From: an uncultured Verrucomicrobiae bacterium
Lineage (GTDB): Bacteria; Verrucomicrobiota; Verrucomicrobiia; Chthoniobacterales; UBA10450
NCBI GenBank assembly: GCA_963726745.1
Contig: CAVSDR010000003.1
Span: forward strand, 288,001 to 352,000
Reading direction: 5' to 3'
Length of the DNA stretch: 64,000 nt
Under the pieces are notes generated by a model. It worked only from the letters and a program-made list of their open reading frames with translations, was not told the origin of the DNA and searched no databases. Position 1 is the first letter of the stretch. Each line of letters starts with the position of its first letter. This document shows, piece by piece, positions 1 through 11,685 of the stretch. The position numbers and the translations under genes were made by a program.

Positions 1-577
1 CAATCTCACGCCGCTCTTCCCGGTGCACGATCTCGGGCCCTACCACGCGAAGGCGCACGTCTATTTCGCCGATCTCGGGAAGTTCTTTTACTCCGAGACG
101 AAGGTCTTCCAAGTGATCGATGTGCGGCCGTTTTGGCAGCGCACCGTCGGCGTGCCCGAGGGCCAGCCAGGCGCGGGCGAGATGCGCACCTATTCGCTGC
201 TCTCGAATCGCTTCCCGAACTACACCAGCATCTACGTGCGCGTGGAGGACAAGACGAGCAACGCGGTCTACAACACCTTCTCGTTAGGCCGGGTGATCGC
301 GGCCGATGAACCGCAGGTCGAGCTCGATGGGCAAAACCGCCTGCATGTGCTCCATTGCGCCGCGCCCCGCACCTGGAGCTACAACCAAATCGGGCCCAGT
401 GGGGAATTGCTCGCGCATCGCACCATCCAGGAAACCAAGACCCGGCCAAAGCTGCGGCGCACCGAGACCGGCAGCGTTGCCATTCGCGGCGGCATGCTGG
501 ACGCTCCCATGCCGTCCCAAGCCAATGCTGCCGCCAAACTCTCCGCCCGCCCGCCCGAACCTGCCGATGACGAATAA
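1..577 (+). CDS. Hypothetical protein, probably 5'-truncated by the window edge
   Basis: Open frame with GC3-rich codon use that ends at TAA 575-577 and overlaps the start of the amidase; no recognisable family. Confidence 0.6.
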   Translation, partial: NLTPLFPVHDLGPYHAKAHVYFADLGKFFYSETKVFQVIDVRPFWQRTVGVPEGQPGAGEMRTYSLLSNRFPNYTSIYVRVEDKTSNAVYNTFSLGRVIAADEPQVELDGQNRLHVLHCAAPRTWSYNQIGPSGELLAHRTIQETKTRPKLRRTETGSVAIRGGMLDAPMPSQANAAAKLSARPPEPADDE

Positions 578-1433
578 ATCCGCCCCGCGCTTCCGCTTCC
601 GTGCGCTGGGCTGGTTCGTCCTGCTCCTCGCCCTTTTCACCGCGCAGACCGCCCCGGCCCAGTCGCGCACGATCGTGATCGATGCCGGCCACGGCGGCTT
701 CGATCGCGGCGGCGTGCCCTACCAGCGGATCGGCGAAAAAAATCTTACCCTCGACGTGGCTCAGCGGCTCGCGCGAATCATGCGCTCCGCCGGTTACCGC
801 GTGATCATGACGCGCGACAGCGACGTCTTCATTCCGCTCGGCCAGCGCGTCGCCATCGCCAATCGCTACCGCGGCGCCATCTTCGTCTCGGTGCACTTCA
901 ACTCCGCCTCGCGCTCCGGGGCTAACGGCATCGAGACTTATTACTACCGGAGCGACGCTGCCAGCCTGGCGGCTAATATTCACCGCAACGTCGTCGCGGG
1001 CGCGCCCTCGGAGAATCGCGGGATTCGCCGGCGCGGTTACTACGTGCTCCGGCGGACGAATATTCCCGGCGTGCTGGTCGAGTGCGGCTTCCTGACCAAT
1101 CCCACCGAGGGCCGCTACGCGCTCGACTCGAACTACCGCGAAAAGCTCGCGCAAAACATCGCCCGCGGCATCCAGCGCCAGCCGCCGCCATTCCTCCGCC
1201 CGATGTCGCGTTCCAGCGCGGCTTCGCCGGAAGTGCTCCCGCAGCCCTTCAATGGCCCCGATTTCGTCCGCGCCGCGCCGCGCAGCAGCAAGGCCTCCTC
1301 CAGTCGCAAGGGGAAGGCTTCGCGCAAGAGCAGCAGCAAGAGCAAGGCGTCGAAGAAAAAATCCTCCAAGTCTTCAAAGAAGAAAAAGAGCAGCAGCGGC
1401 AGCTCGAAGAAGAAAAAGAAGAAGTCGGGTTGA
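567..1433 (+). CDS. N-acetylmuramoyl-L-alanine amidase (Amidase_3) with signal peptide and Lys/Ser-rich tail
   Basis: ATG at 567 (MTNKSAPRF...), hydrophobic signal, motifs IVIDAGHGG, EKNLTL, FVSVHFNS, GIETYY, VLVECGFLTN. Confidence 0.9.
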   Translation: MTNKSAPRFRFRALGWFVLLLALFTAQTAPAQSRTIVIDAGHGGFDRGGVPYQRIGEKNLTLDVAQRLARIMRSAGYRVIMTRDSDVFIPLGQRVAIANRYRGAIFVSVHFNSASRSGANGIETYYYRSDAASLAANIHRNVVAGAPSENRGIRRRGYYVLRRTNIPGVLVECGFLTNPTEGRYALDSNYREKLAQNIARGIQRQPPPFLRPMSRSSAASPEVLPQPFNGPDFVRAAPRSSKASSSRKGKASRKSSSKSKASKKKSSKSSKKKKSSSGSSKKKKKKSG

Positions 1434-1434
1434 G

Positions 1435-2884
1435 GTGGAAACGCGCGTGGTGAGTGTCGCCGGGATGCGGGCCGCGGAAGAAGCCGCCTTCGCCCGCGGG
1501 CACACCCCGGAAGCGCTCATGGACCAGGCCGCGGCGGGCATCGCGCGCGCCGTCCGTTCCTTCTTCCCCGCGCCCGGTCATTGCGTGGTTTTCGCCGGGA
1601 AAGGCAACAATGCGGGCGACGCCTTGGTCGCCGGGCAGCTTCTGCACGCCGCCGGCTGGAGCCTCGAGCTCCGGCTCTGCTTTCCCGAGAACTCGTTAGG
1701 CGATCTCGCGCGCCGGAAGTTGCTGTCTAATTCCCCGGGCCCGCGCGTCGGCGGACCGGTGGTGATCCTCGATGGCCTGCTCGGGCTCGGGGCGCGGCTG
1801 CCGTTGCGCGAGCCGATTCTCTCCGCCTGCCGCGCGCTCAACGCCCTGCGCACCGCAGCCCGCGCCTTCGTGGTCGCGATCGATTTGCCCACCGGGCTTG
1901 ATGGCGAGACCGGGGAGGCGGCCGAGGACTGCGTGGTGGCCGACCTCACCGTCACGCTCGGCGCGGCCAAGCGCGGCCTGCTCGCAGACGAGGCGCTCCA
2001 TTACGTCGGACGGCTGGAGGTGGTCGCGCTGCCGGCACGTGGAATTCGAGGGCGCCGCCGAGGAAACTGTCGCCACTGCGGAGTCGTTAGGCGGCATTCT
2101 CACGCGGCGCGCTTTTGGCGCCTACAAGAACCAGTTTGGGCGCGTCGGCGTGGTCGCCGGGTCGCGCGGGCTCACCGGCGCGGCCGTCCTTTGCGCCAGC
2201 GGCGCGCTTCGGGGGGGCGCCGGCTTGGTGGAACTTTTCGCGCTCGAGGAAATCTATCCGACGCTGGCCGCCGCGGCGCCGCCGGAGGTGATGGTGAAAC
2301 CGGTAAAGGATTATCGCTCGTTAGGCGACGAGGCGGTCGACGTCTGGGCGATCGGCCCCGGCCTCGGGAAAAGAGACGACCTCCTCGACCTGATCGAGCG
2401 CGCGCCCCAGCCAATGGTGCTCGATGCCGATGGCTTGAACCTCTTCGCCGGCCAGCTCGACTTGCTGGCTACTTCTCGCGGGCCGCGCCTGCTCACGCCG
2501 CACCCCGGCGAGATGCAGCGCCTCCAGCCGACGGAAAATCTCGGGCGCGCCGCGCAGGCTCGCCGTTTCCTCGAGAAAGTAGACAGCACTTTGTTGCTCA
2601 AAGGCAGCCGCACGATCGTGGCCGCGCGCGGCCGGCCGCTGAGCTACAACAGCACCGGCCACCCAGGCATGGCCACCGGCGGGATGGGCGATGTCCTCAC
2701 CGGCGTGTGCGCGGCCTTGCTCGCGCAAAAGCTCTCGCCCTACGACGCCGCGCGACTCGGCGCGTGGGTTTGCGGCCGGGCCGCGGAGCTGGCGATTTTC
2801 CAGGGCCACGCGAGCGCGCAATCGTTTCTCCCGACGGATCTGCTGGCCCATCTCGGCCGCGCTTTTCGCGAAGTCGCCGGCTAA
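1435..2884 (+). CDS. nnr: Bifunctional NAD(P)H-hydrate epimerase/dehydratase (YjeF family), frameshift near 2040
   Basis: N-part in the ORF 1252 frame (GKGNNAGDAL, ILDGLLGLG, IDLPTG); C-part in the ORF 1772 frame (IGPGLG, VLDADGL, LTPHPGE, MATGGMGDVLTG). Confidence 0.88.
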
Positions 2885-4914
2885 TTTTCCGGACGCGCGA
2901 GCAATTTCGCAAAGCGCGGATGGCTCCGCAGCTCGTCCCATTCCCAGCGGAATTTCAGGTCGCTCACGGTCACGCTGTAGTCCACGCTGTCGACGGCGCC
3001 GGGCATGTCGATCAGTTGCTCGAGCAAATCGAGCGCGTGCTCGTTTTCGCCCACGCGCGCATAGATGAGCGCGAGCGAGCAAAGCATGAGCGCGCCGTCA
3101 AAGGCATCCTTCGAGAGCGGCTTCAGCTCGACTGCGCGCCGCCCGCTGCGGATGGCCTCGTCGTGCCGCCCGAGGAACGCCTGCACCATCCCGAGGTTCG
3201 CATGCCGCGCGGCCACCTCCGGCGCTTCCTCGACCGCTTTCTGGAAAAAGATCCGCGCTTCCTCGAGCGGCCCCGCGGCCGCCGCGGTGTCGCCGCGCGC
3301 GAGCGCGATGCAGCCGCGAAAGAAGCTCACCGGCGTGAGGCTGCCATTCGCGTAGGAAATTTCCCCGAGCGCGGTCGCGTCGATTACCTTGGTGGCGCCG
3401 GCAAAATTACGCTGCAACATCTGCGCCTCCCAGCGCGCGGAGGTGACGACGCCATCAGGATCAATGCCCGCAGGAATGGCATTGGCCTCTCGCTGCAGCG
3501 ACCCGATTTCGCCCTTCCACCAGAACTGGATGTAAGCGCTCTGGATCACGGCCACGATCGATTCCGGGGCCAGCCGGCGCAGCCGTTCGGCCGCCTTGGC
3601 CGCGCCCGCCCAGCGCCGCAGGGCGGTGTTGGTGAACATGAGATTGCGCACGTTGTTCGGGTTGCGCGGGTCGAGCTTCTCGATGCTCTCGTAGGCCGCG
3701 AGCGCGCGCTCGAACTGCCCCTGCCGCCGAAGAATCGCGGCCACGAGCACGCCGATGCTGGTGTCGTTAGGCAGGAGTTGCTGCGCCAGCGCGAGCTCGC
3801 CCAGGGCCTTGTCGTAATCCTGGTGCATCCAGTAAAGGCATTGCGCGCGGGCGAAGTGCGCCTCGCCCAGGTTTGGCTGCAACTCGAGCGCGAGCGCGGC
3901 CTCTTTTTCCGCGAGCTCGCGCCATTGGTCGAGCGGCTCGTGGAAATGGAAAATCGCCGCCGCGGTCGAGGCCAGGCGCGCGTGGGCCAGGGCAAACTCC
4001 GGGTCGAGCGCGATCGCGCGGCGGTAGAGCTCCTCCGCCCGGCGATAGTCCTGCAGAAGCGTATCCGGCCCTTGCTCGTAGGGCAGGGCGCGCAGGTAAA
4101 GATCGTAGGCCTCGGCGTTGTCCGTCGGCTGGCGGACGACGCGCTCCTTTTCGTCCGCGGTCAAGGTCACGCGCAGGGCCTCGGCGATCTTGCTGGCTAA
4201 TTCGCCCTCGATCCCTAACGAGTCCGCGAGGGTGCGGTTGTAACGATTTGCCCAGAGATGGCGCCCGCGCCGGGTATCGATCAACTGCGCGTTCACGACC
4301 ACGCGATCGCCCGAGCGGCGGACGCTGCCTTCGAGAATATTGACCACGCCCAGGGCTCCCGCGATTTCCCGGAGGTCGCGCTGGCCCTCGGTGCCTTTGT
4401 AGGCCTTCACGCTCGTGCGGCTGATCACGCGCAGGTCTTTGATCCGCGCGAGATTGGTCAGCAAATCCTCCTGCAGCCCGTCGGCAAAAAAGGCGTTCGC
4501 CTTGTCTTCGCTCAGGTTTTCGAAGGGCAGGACGGCGATGCTTTTCTCGTGCGGCGCGCGCGGGCGAAAGCGATCGAAGAGCAGGAGCGCGACCGCGAGC
4601 GTGAGCACCGCGATGATCGCAAAGTCGAGCTTTCGTCCGAAGGCGCGCCGCCGTTGGATCGGCTGCAGCGGCACATCCTCGGTGCGCACGAGGCCTTCCG
4701 GCGTGAGCTCAAAAGCCCAGGCCAGGATGAGAGCCACGGGAAACCCGGCCACCAGCAGGACGATGATCGTGCGCACCGCCCAGCTGGAGACGTCGAAAAA
4801 CGGGAAGACCTGCGTGACCACCTGGATGAGCACCCAGGCGGCGGCCACGTAGCCCACGGCGGCACGGTAGACATTGCGGCGGCGGAGTTCGGCGAGGAAT
4901 TTGGGGAGATTCAC
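2881..4914 (-). CDS. Membrane-anchored TolB-like/adenylate-cyclase-associated domain + TPR protein (paralogue 1)
   Basis: GTG start (VNLPKFLAELRRRNVYR), 3 TM segments, KSIAVLPFENLS...VISRTS...LEGSV...HLWA, TPRs, terminal WDELRSHPRF. Confidence 0.85.
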   Translation of the reverse strand: MNLPKFLAELRRRNVYRAAVGYVAAAWVLIQVVTQVFPFFDVSSWAVRTIIVLLVAGFPVALILAWAFELTPEGLVRTEDVPLQPIQRRRAFGRKLDFAIIAVLTLAVALLLFDRFRPRAPHEKSIAVLPFENLSEDKANAFFADGLQEDLLTNLARIKDLRVISRTSVKAYKGTEGQRDLREIAGALGVVNILEGSVRRSGDRVVVNAQLIDTRRGRHLWANRYNRTLADSLGIEGELASKIAEALRVTLTADEKERVVRQPTDNAEAYDLYLRALPYEQGPDTLLQDYRRAEELYRRAIALDPEFALAHARLASTAAAIFHFHEPLDQWRELAEKEAALALELQPNLGEAHFARAQCLYWMHQDYDKALGELALAQQLLPNDTSIGVLVAAILRRQGQFERALAAYESIEKLDPRNPNNVRNLMFTNTALRRWAGAAKAAERLRRLAPESIVAVIQSAYIQFWWKGEIGSLQREANAIPAGIDPDGVVTSARWEAQMLQRNFAGATKVIDATALGEISYANGSLTPVSFFRGCIALARGDTAAAAGPLEEARIFFQKAVEEAPEVAARHANLGMVQAFLGRHDEAIRSGRRAVELKPLSKDAFDGALMLCSLALIYARVGENEHALDLLEQLIDMPGAVDSVDYSVTVSDLKFRWEWDELRSHPRFAKLLARPEN

Positions 4915-5015
4915 AGCGGCGCGTCTGGGGAAGAGTAGCCGAAGGGTCAAGCCGTGCAGGTGCTTTCGCGGAAATGACTTCTCGCTGGCGGCGCGGCGAA
5001 TTAGCATGCGCGGCC

Positions 5016-8000
5016 ATGGCCGGTAAGCTCATCGTTCTTGCCGGCTGCATCCTGGCTGGCTTCGCGGCCACGCCGCCGGCTCGCGCGGAAATAGACAGCG
5101 CCCTGACCGCTTCCGTCTGGCAGATGAAATTCGGCCTGACCGCGGCGCAGGTGAACGATCCGGCGTGGCTGGCACAGGACAGCGACGGTGACGGCCTAAC
5201 GAATGGTGCGGAACTGATCGCGGGCACGGATCCGTTGGCGGCCAATTCCGGTTTGGCGAACAAGAACACGAGTGCCGCGGGCGGAGCGTTCTCCGTGAGC
5301 GTGCCGACGGTTGCGGGCAAGCTTTACCACCTCGAGTGGAGCCGGGAAGCCAACGGCGCCGGCGGCTGGATGGCCTTGGCGCCGCCGGTGCAGACGCTCG
5401 GCAACGGCAGCGTGCAAACTCTGGCCGCACCGCAAGCCGCCGACGCCTTTTATCGCGTGGTCGTGGAGGAGATCGACAGCGACGCCGATGGCGTGAGCGA
5501 TTGGGCGGAAATCGTGACCGGCTTCGATCCGCACAATACGCACACCGACGGCGCGACCACGGACGACCACACCGCGCTCACAGGCCAGCTGGCGAACGAA
5601 AACGTGGTCACGCTCGTGGCCACCGATCCGAGCGTGCAGCAACCGCCCGACGCCGCGACCCCGCCCGCGAGCAACGGCTCGATCACGCTCCGGCGCGGCG
5701 GCACCTTGCACTTCAGCACCGTGACCGTGGCTCTGACGCACAGCGGCACGGCTGACGGAGGGGACGGATTACCTGCCGCTGCCGGGCTCGGTGACTTTCG
5801 CGCCCAAGGTCAGCTCGATCAAAGTCCCGGTGATCCCGCTGGCTAATCCCGTGCGCCGGAGCAACGCCACCGTGACTTTGCAAGCAATGCCCGGCGGCGG
5901 CTACGTAGTCGGCGCACCGGCGGCCGCGAGTGTGGTCCTCCAGCCCGCGGGCACCCCCAGCGGCAGCGGCTTGACCGGCTCCTATTATAACTCCAGCTCG
6001 AGCGCGATCGGCGCCGGTTACAGCCCGAATCTCTTCCTCGCGGCCAACCTGAAAGCGACCCGGCTCGACCCGACGGTGGATTTCAATTTCAGCACCGCCG
6101 GCGTTTTGCCCACGGGCGTGAACACGACCTACTTCGTGGTTCGCTGGCTCGGCCAGGTGCAGCCGCAATACTCCGAGACCTACTACTTCAATACCCGCAC
6201 CGACGACGGAGTGAAGCTTTGGGTGAATGGCCAGTTGATCATCGATCGCTGGGTCAACCAGGGCGCGACCGACTGGGTGGGCGCGATCGATCTCCAGGCC
6301 GGCGTGCTCTACGACATCCGGATGGAATATTACCAGTCCACCAGCAGCCGCGAGGCGCACCTGAATTGGTATAGCGAGAGCCAGGTGAAGCAGATCATCC
6401 CGGCGGCCCGGCTTTATCCCGCGACCGCCACCGCCGCGCCGCCTTCCCTCACCGGCAGCCTGAAAGCGGTCGGCTTCCGCGGGCAGCCGTTTAGCTACAC
6501 GGTGAGCGCGAGCAACTCCGCGAATTTGCCGACTACTTTCACCCTCGGCGCGGGGAGCGGCGCGTTGCCGCCAGGGTTGAGCTTGAATCCCGGGAGCGGC
6601 GTGATCAGTGGCACGCCCACGCAAGCGGGCGCCTTTCAGGTGGCGCTGGTGGCCACGAACGCGCTCGGCCTCGGCAGTTCCGTGCTCGAGCTGCAAATCC
6701 TCGACCCGGGCAACGCGGTCACGCGCGAGCTTTGGACCACCGGCGTGACCGGGCCGGAGCTGCGCGACATCCCGCTGGCTAATCCGCCGGGCAGCATCGA
6801 CCAGTCGTTAGTCACGCTCGAAGATAACGCCGTCTATCCCGACAACACCGCCGAGCGGCTGCGCGGTTACTTCACTGCGCCCACCACCGGGAACTACTAT
6901 TTCTGGCTGGCGGCGAGCAACACCGCCGAGCTCTGGATTTCGAACAACCGCGAGCCGGTGAACAAAGTGCGCCGCGCTTCCGTGGCCGCGCCGGGCACAA
7001 GCCCAGGCGTTTGGGACGCGCAGCCCGCGCAGAAATCTCCCTGGCTCGCGCTCGTCGCCGGGGAGCGCTACTACTTCGAGGTGCTGCAAAACAAAGGCAG
7101 CGGCACGCCGAACGATCACCTCGCGGTCGCCTGGTTCCTCGATCCCACCGGCACGCTCGACCAACCGATTGCGAACGGCACCAGCGTGGTCCCCGGCTAC
7201 CTGCTTTCGCCCTACGATTACCCGGCGACCGCAACCGCCAGCGGCACGCTCTACGCCACCAACATGGCCCCGCAAGGCCTTGCCCTAACGACCGCGGTCG
7301 GCTCGGCCAATCTCCGGCTCAATGCCGATCACACCCAGGCGATCCTGCATTTCCAATACAGCGGTCTCGGCTCGCCGCGCACCGGTTACCACGTCCACGT
7401 CGGAAGCCTTCGGCACGCACCCCAGCCAGATCATTCTCGACCTCGACGACATCGATAAATTTCACCCCGAACTTCGAACCGCGGATGGTGGTTACCTTTG
7501 GAACATCGAGGCCACCGGCACCCTCAGCGCGGCCGAGATCGTGAGCGCGATCCAGCAGGGCAAGGCCTACATCAATATTCATTCGGTGAACTATCCGGCC
7601 GGCGAGATCCGGGGAAATTTCAGCCTCGTCCAAGGCTCGCAGACTCCGCCAATGCCGCAGCCGGATCCGGGTTACGATCCGGCCAGCGCCAGCACCGATG
7701 CGGGCGCGGCGCGCTTCCTGAACCAGGCGACTTTCGGCGCCAGCCCGGCGGACATCGCCGCGGTCAAGGCCCTCGGATTTGACGGTTGGCTCACGAGCCA
7801 GTTCGCGCAACCGGCGACCCATCTCCTGCCCGAGGTGCTGGCTAAAATCACCGCCGACCCGACAAATCTTTACCCGAGCACGCTCACCTTTAATGCCTGG
7901 TGGCGCCGTGCCGTGACTGCGCCCGATCAGCTCCGCCAGCGCGTCGCTTTCGCCCTGAGCGAAATCCTCGTGGTCTCCGATACCGGCACGCTGAACAACA

Positions 8001-10087
8001 ACGGTCGCGTCCTCGCGAGCTATTACGACACCCTCCTCGACCAGGCCTTCGGCAACTTCCGCACCTTGCTCGAGCAGGCGACGCTCACGCCGGCAATGGG
8101 CCTTTACCTCGACATGCGCGCAAACCAGAAAGGCAGCCTCCTGACCGGGCTGCACCCGAACGAAAACTACGCGCGCGAGATCATGCAGCTCTTCTCGTTA
8201 GGCTTAAACCGCCTCTGGCCCGATGGCTCGCTCGTGCTCGATTCGCAGGGCAACCTCATCCCGACCTACGACCAGGAGGTAATCAACGGCGTCGCCCGCG
8301 TCTTCACTGGCTGGAATTATAACCAGCCACTTCAGGGCAACGGCCGCCTCCCGACCGGCTTCAGCCCGGCGGCCAATTACATCGACCCGATGGTGCTGGT
8401 GCCCACCCGCCACGAACTTGGGACTAAGCGGGTGCTCGACCGCGTGGTCCTCCCGGCCGCGCGCGGCTACAGCCTAACGAGCAATCCACCAGCCGGCTCC
8501 GAGGCCAACCCCGACAACCCGGCCTTCGATACCTATTGCTTGAACGATCTTCAAAAGGCGCTCGCGAGCATGTTCAGCAACGCCAGCGTAGGCCCGTTTG
8601 TCTGCCGGCAGCTCATCCAAAGGCTCGTCAGCAGCAACCCCTCGCCCGCTTATCTCCAGCGCGTGGTCCAAAAATTCGAGGACGACGGCAGCGCGCAACA
8701 CCTCCGCGGAAACATGCAGGCGGTCATCCGCGCGATCCTGCTCGACGGCGAAGCCCGCGGGAACATCGTCAGCACCACCCAGGGAAAACAGCGCGAGCCG
8801 CTCCTGCGGATCACCGGTCCGGCGCGCGCCTTCCCCACCAGCGGGAACACCGGCAGCTTCACGCAAAGCGGCGGCCTGGCCATGACCATCACCACCGCGG
8901 CGCCGCATCTCCTGACCGGTGGCCAGGCAGTTGCGCTTGATTTTGCCAGCAACACGCCGGCGCCTTTCGACAATCCCACGAGCGGGAACTACGCCGTCCT
9001 GAGCAGCCCCGGGCCCACCGCCACCACCTTCACGGTCAACGCCACCGGCCTAACGAGCGCTGCCTACACCCAGGCGGCCAACTCGAACACGATCACCGTG
9101 ACCGTCACCAGCAGCACCAATCCGCCGGTGAACACCAAGCTTTACCTCCACCCGGTCAGCGGCGGCGCGCCTGGTGGCGTCTTCGTGGTTGCCGCGCAAA
9201 CCGACTCGACGCACTTCACCGTCGCGACTACGGAAAATCCGCCGCCCACGTCCGCCCGCAGCGGCACCTTCCTGATCCATCGCATGACTGCCGGGGAAGC
9301 GGTGCGCAACGCCGGCACGCCCGTCACTTCCACGATCACGCTGTCGACCTCCGCGAATCACAACCTGCAGGTGAACGACCCGGTCTGGATCGATTTCGCC
9401 AGCGCCTCCGGCTCCGTTAATGCCGATGGCCAATTCACCGTCAATAGCGTGGTCGACGAGGACCATTTCACCGTCGTGGTCCCAAACTCAACCATGACCC
9501 AGGAGACGATCAGCACCTCGACCGTTTTCCCGCTGCTCGCGCCGCCGCTGGTGCGCTCCGGCAGCGTGCGCTTCGAGCAGAGCAAGTTCGACGTCGGCTA
9601 CAGCAACAGCGATCTCACCCAGACCCCGCTCGGCTCGCCCACGGTCTTCAATTTCTTCTCGCCCGACTATCAATTTCCCGGCTCGCTCGCGGCCAATCAC
9701 GCCACCACGCCGGAGTTCCAGCTCACGACCGACACCAATGTGGTCACGCTCACAAACACCATCTCCTCCGCGATCCTCTCCTCCGGCAACACGAACGGCC
9801 TCACGAGTTACAAGGCGGGCGGGAACACGGTCACGATGGACCTGAGCGCCTACATGACCTCCGGCCAGACGTCGAACGCCGCCATCCCCGCGCTGGTCGA
9901 TAAATTAGCCGACCTCCTCACCGGCGGTCAGCTCGCCCCGGAAACCAAAACCGTGATCGTGAACTTCGTGGCCAACACGACCACCTTCCCGATGAGCGCC
10001 ACGCCCACGGCGACGCAGATGCGCGATCGCGTGCGCGCGGTGGTCCATCTCATCGTCACTTCGCCCGAGTACGCCATCCAGCGCTAG
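5016..10087 (+). CDS. Large secreted DUF1800-family protein with Ca-binding DxDxDG repeats, two PA14 domains, putative Ig (He_PIG) and CHRD domain; frameshifts near 5755 and 7405
   Basis: Signal peptide at 5016; DSDGDGLTN; PA14 (VRWLGQVQP, TDDGVKLWVNG); ISGTPT; YINIHSVNYPAGEIRG (CHRD); DUF1800 motifs AARFLNQATFG, DQLRQRVAFALSEI, PNENYAREIMQLFSLG, SPTVFNFF, SPEYAIQR. Confidence 0.82.
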
Positions 10088-10101
10088 CCGCCGCCCACTT
10101 C

Positions 10102-11685
10102 ATGGAACCGGAACACTTCTCCAGCTTCACCACCCGCCGGAAATTCCTCCGCCAGGCCGCTTGCGCCGCGCTCGGCACCGCCGCGCTCACTAACACCATT
10201 CGCGATCTGCGTTTCATCAATGCCGCGGTCGCCCAGACGCCGGCGGTCGATTACAAGGCGCTCGTCTGCATTTTCCTCTCCGGCGGGAACGACTCGAACA
10301 ATCTCTTCATTCCCACCGACCCGTCGGAATACGCCAGCTACGCCAGCATCCGCACGCCTGTGCTCGCGATCCCGAACAGCGACGGCAGCCCGGCGACTGC
10401 GCTCGCGCTCAACTCCCTAACGAGTGATGGCCACAGCTACGGCTTGCATCCGGCTTGCCGGGAATTGCAGGGGATGTTCAATGGCGCCCCGCTGGCGGTG
10501 AACGGCAACCCCAACGCCGGCCAGCTGGCGGCGCTCTTCAACACCGGCACCCTGGTCTACCCATTGACCAAGGCGCAGTATCAAAGCGGCAGCGTGGCCA
10601 AGCCGTCGCAGCTTTTCTCCCACAGCGACCAGGTCACGCAATGGCAGACCTCCATCCCCGACCGGCCGCCGACCACTGGCTGGGGCGGGCGTTGCGCCGA
10701 CCTGCTCGACACCATGAACCCGCGCAATGGCGGCGCCGCGGCCCTTTCGCTCGCGATCTCTCTCGCCGGGGCCAACACCTTCGAGGTCGGCGGCTTGGTT
10801 CAGCAATACTCCGTCTCGACCAACGGCGTCGTCGCCCTTTCCCTCCCCGGGCCGTCGCCGAGCGCGCGCCAGACGGCGATCAACAGCATCCTCGGGATCG
10901 ACGAGCTCCAGTCCAATCTCCTGGTGCAAAACTACGCCCTCGCGCTCGACCACTCGTTAGCCACCGGCTCCGCCCTCTCCACGGCGCTGGCTAATTCCCC
11001 GCTGCTCGCGAGCTACTTCAATCTGCCGGCTAATTTTCCCAGCATCACCGTCCCGAACGGCGGCCCCACGATCAATAACTCCAGCCTCATGGCCCAGCTT
11101 AAGATGGTCGCGCGGATCATCGACGCCGGCTATCGCGACGTCGCCGCCGGCGGCCTCGGGATGAAGCGGCAGATTTTCTTTTGCCAGGTCGGCGGCTACG
11201 ACACCCACACCGCGCAGACGAACAATGCTGGTGTGCAGACGCCCACGCCCGCCCAGGTGATCCTCGGTTCGCAGGCCAATCTCCTGGCCGAGCTCAGCCA
11301 ATCGATGAATGCCTTCCAGGCCGCGATGCACAAGATCGGCACGCAATACAACGACACCGATTTCGAGAAGCGCGTGACCGCTTTCACCAACAGCGATTTC
11401 GGCCGCACCTTCCCGAGCAACGCGCTCGGGAGCGACCACGGCTGGGGCAGCCATCACCTCGTCATGGGCGGCGCGGTCAAGGGCCAGCGCACCTACGGCA
11501 CCTGGCCCACGCTCGCGGTCGGCGGCCCGGACGACACCAGCACCGGCCGCTGGATTCCGACGACTTCGGTCGATCAATTCGCCGCCACCCTCGCGAAATG
11601 GTTCGGCGTCACGAGCACGCAAATGGGCACCGTCTTTCCGAATTTGAATCGCTTCGCCGTGCCCGATCTCGGCTTCATGAGTTAA
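10102..11685 (+). CDS. DUF1501-family protein with Tat signal
   Basis: TRRKFLR twin-arginine; YKALVCIFLSGGNDSNN, LFSHSDQ, GGYDTH, SDFGRT, GSDHGWG, GRWIPT; canonical position after DUF1800. Confidence 0.9.
   Translation: MEPEHFSSFTTRRKFLRQAACAALGTAALTNTIRDLRFINAAVAQTPAVDYKALVCIFLSGGNDSNNLFIPTDPSEYASYASIRTPVLAIPNSDGSPATALALNSLTSDGHSYGLHPACRELQGMFNGAPLAVNGNPNAGQLAALFNTGTLVYPLTKAQYQSGSVAKPSQLFSHSDQVTQWQTSIPDRPPTTGWGGRCADLLDTMNPRNGGAAALSLAISLAGANTFEVGGLVQQYSVSTNGVVALSLPGPSPSARQTAINSILGIDELQSNLLVQNYALALDHSLATGSALSTALANSPLLASYFNLPANFPSITVPNGGPTINNSSLMAQLKMVARIIDAGYRDVAAGGLGMKRQIFFCQVGGYDTHTAQTNNAGVQTPTPAQVILGSQANLLAELSQSMNAFQAAMHKIGTQYNDTDFEKRVTAFTNSDFGRTFPSNALGSDHGWGSHHLVMGGAVKGQRTYGTWPTLAVGGPDDTSTGRWIPTTSVDQFAATLAKWFGVTSTQMGTVFPNLNRFAVPDLGFMS

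Noticed and set aside
1252..4200. 982-aa ORF and other long antisense ORFs (e.g. 33216-35900, 38674-40641, 12489-13907)
   Set aside because: Shadow ORFs typical of high-GC DNA opposite real genes, with no protein motifs; only 1435-2040 of the first is real (nnr N-part).
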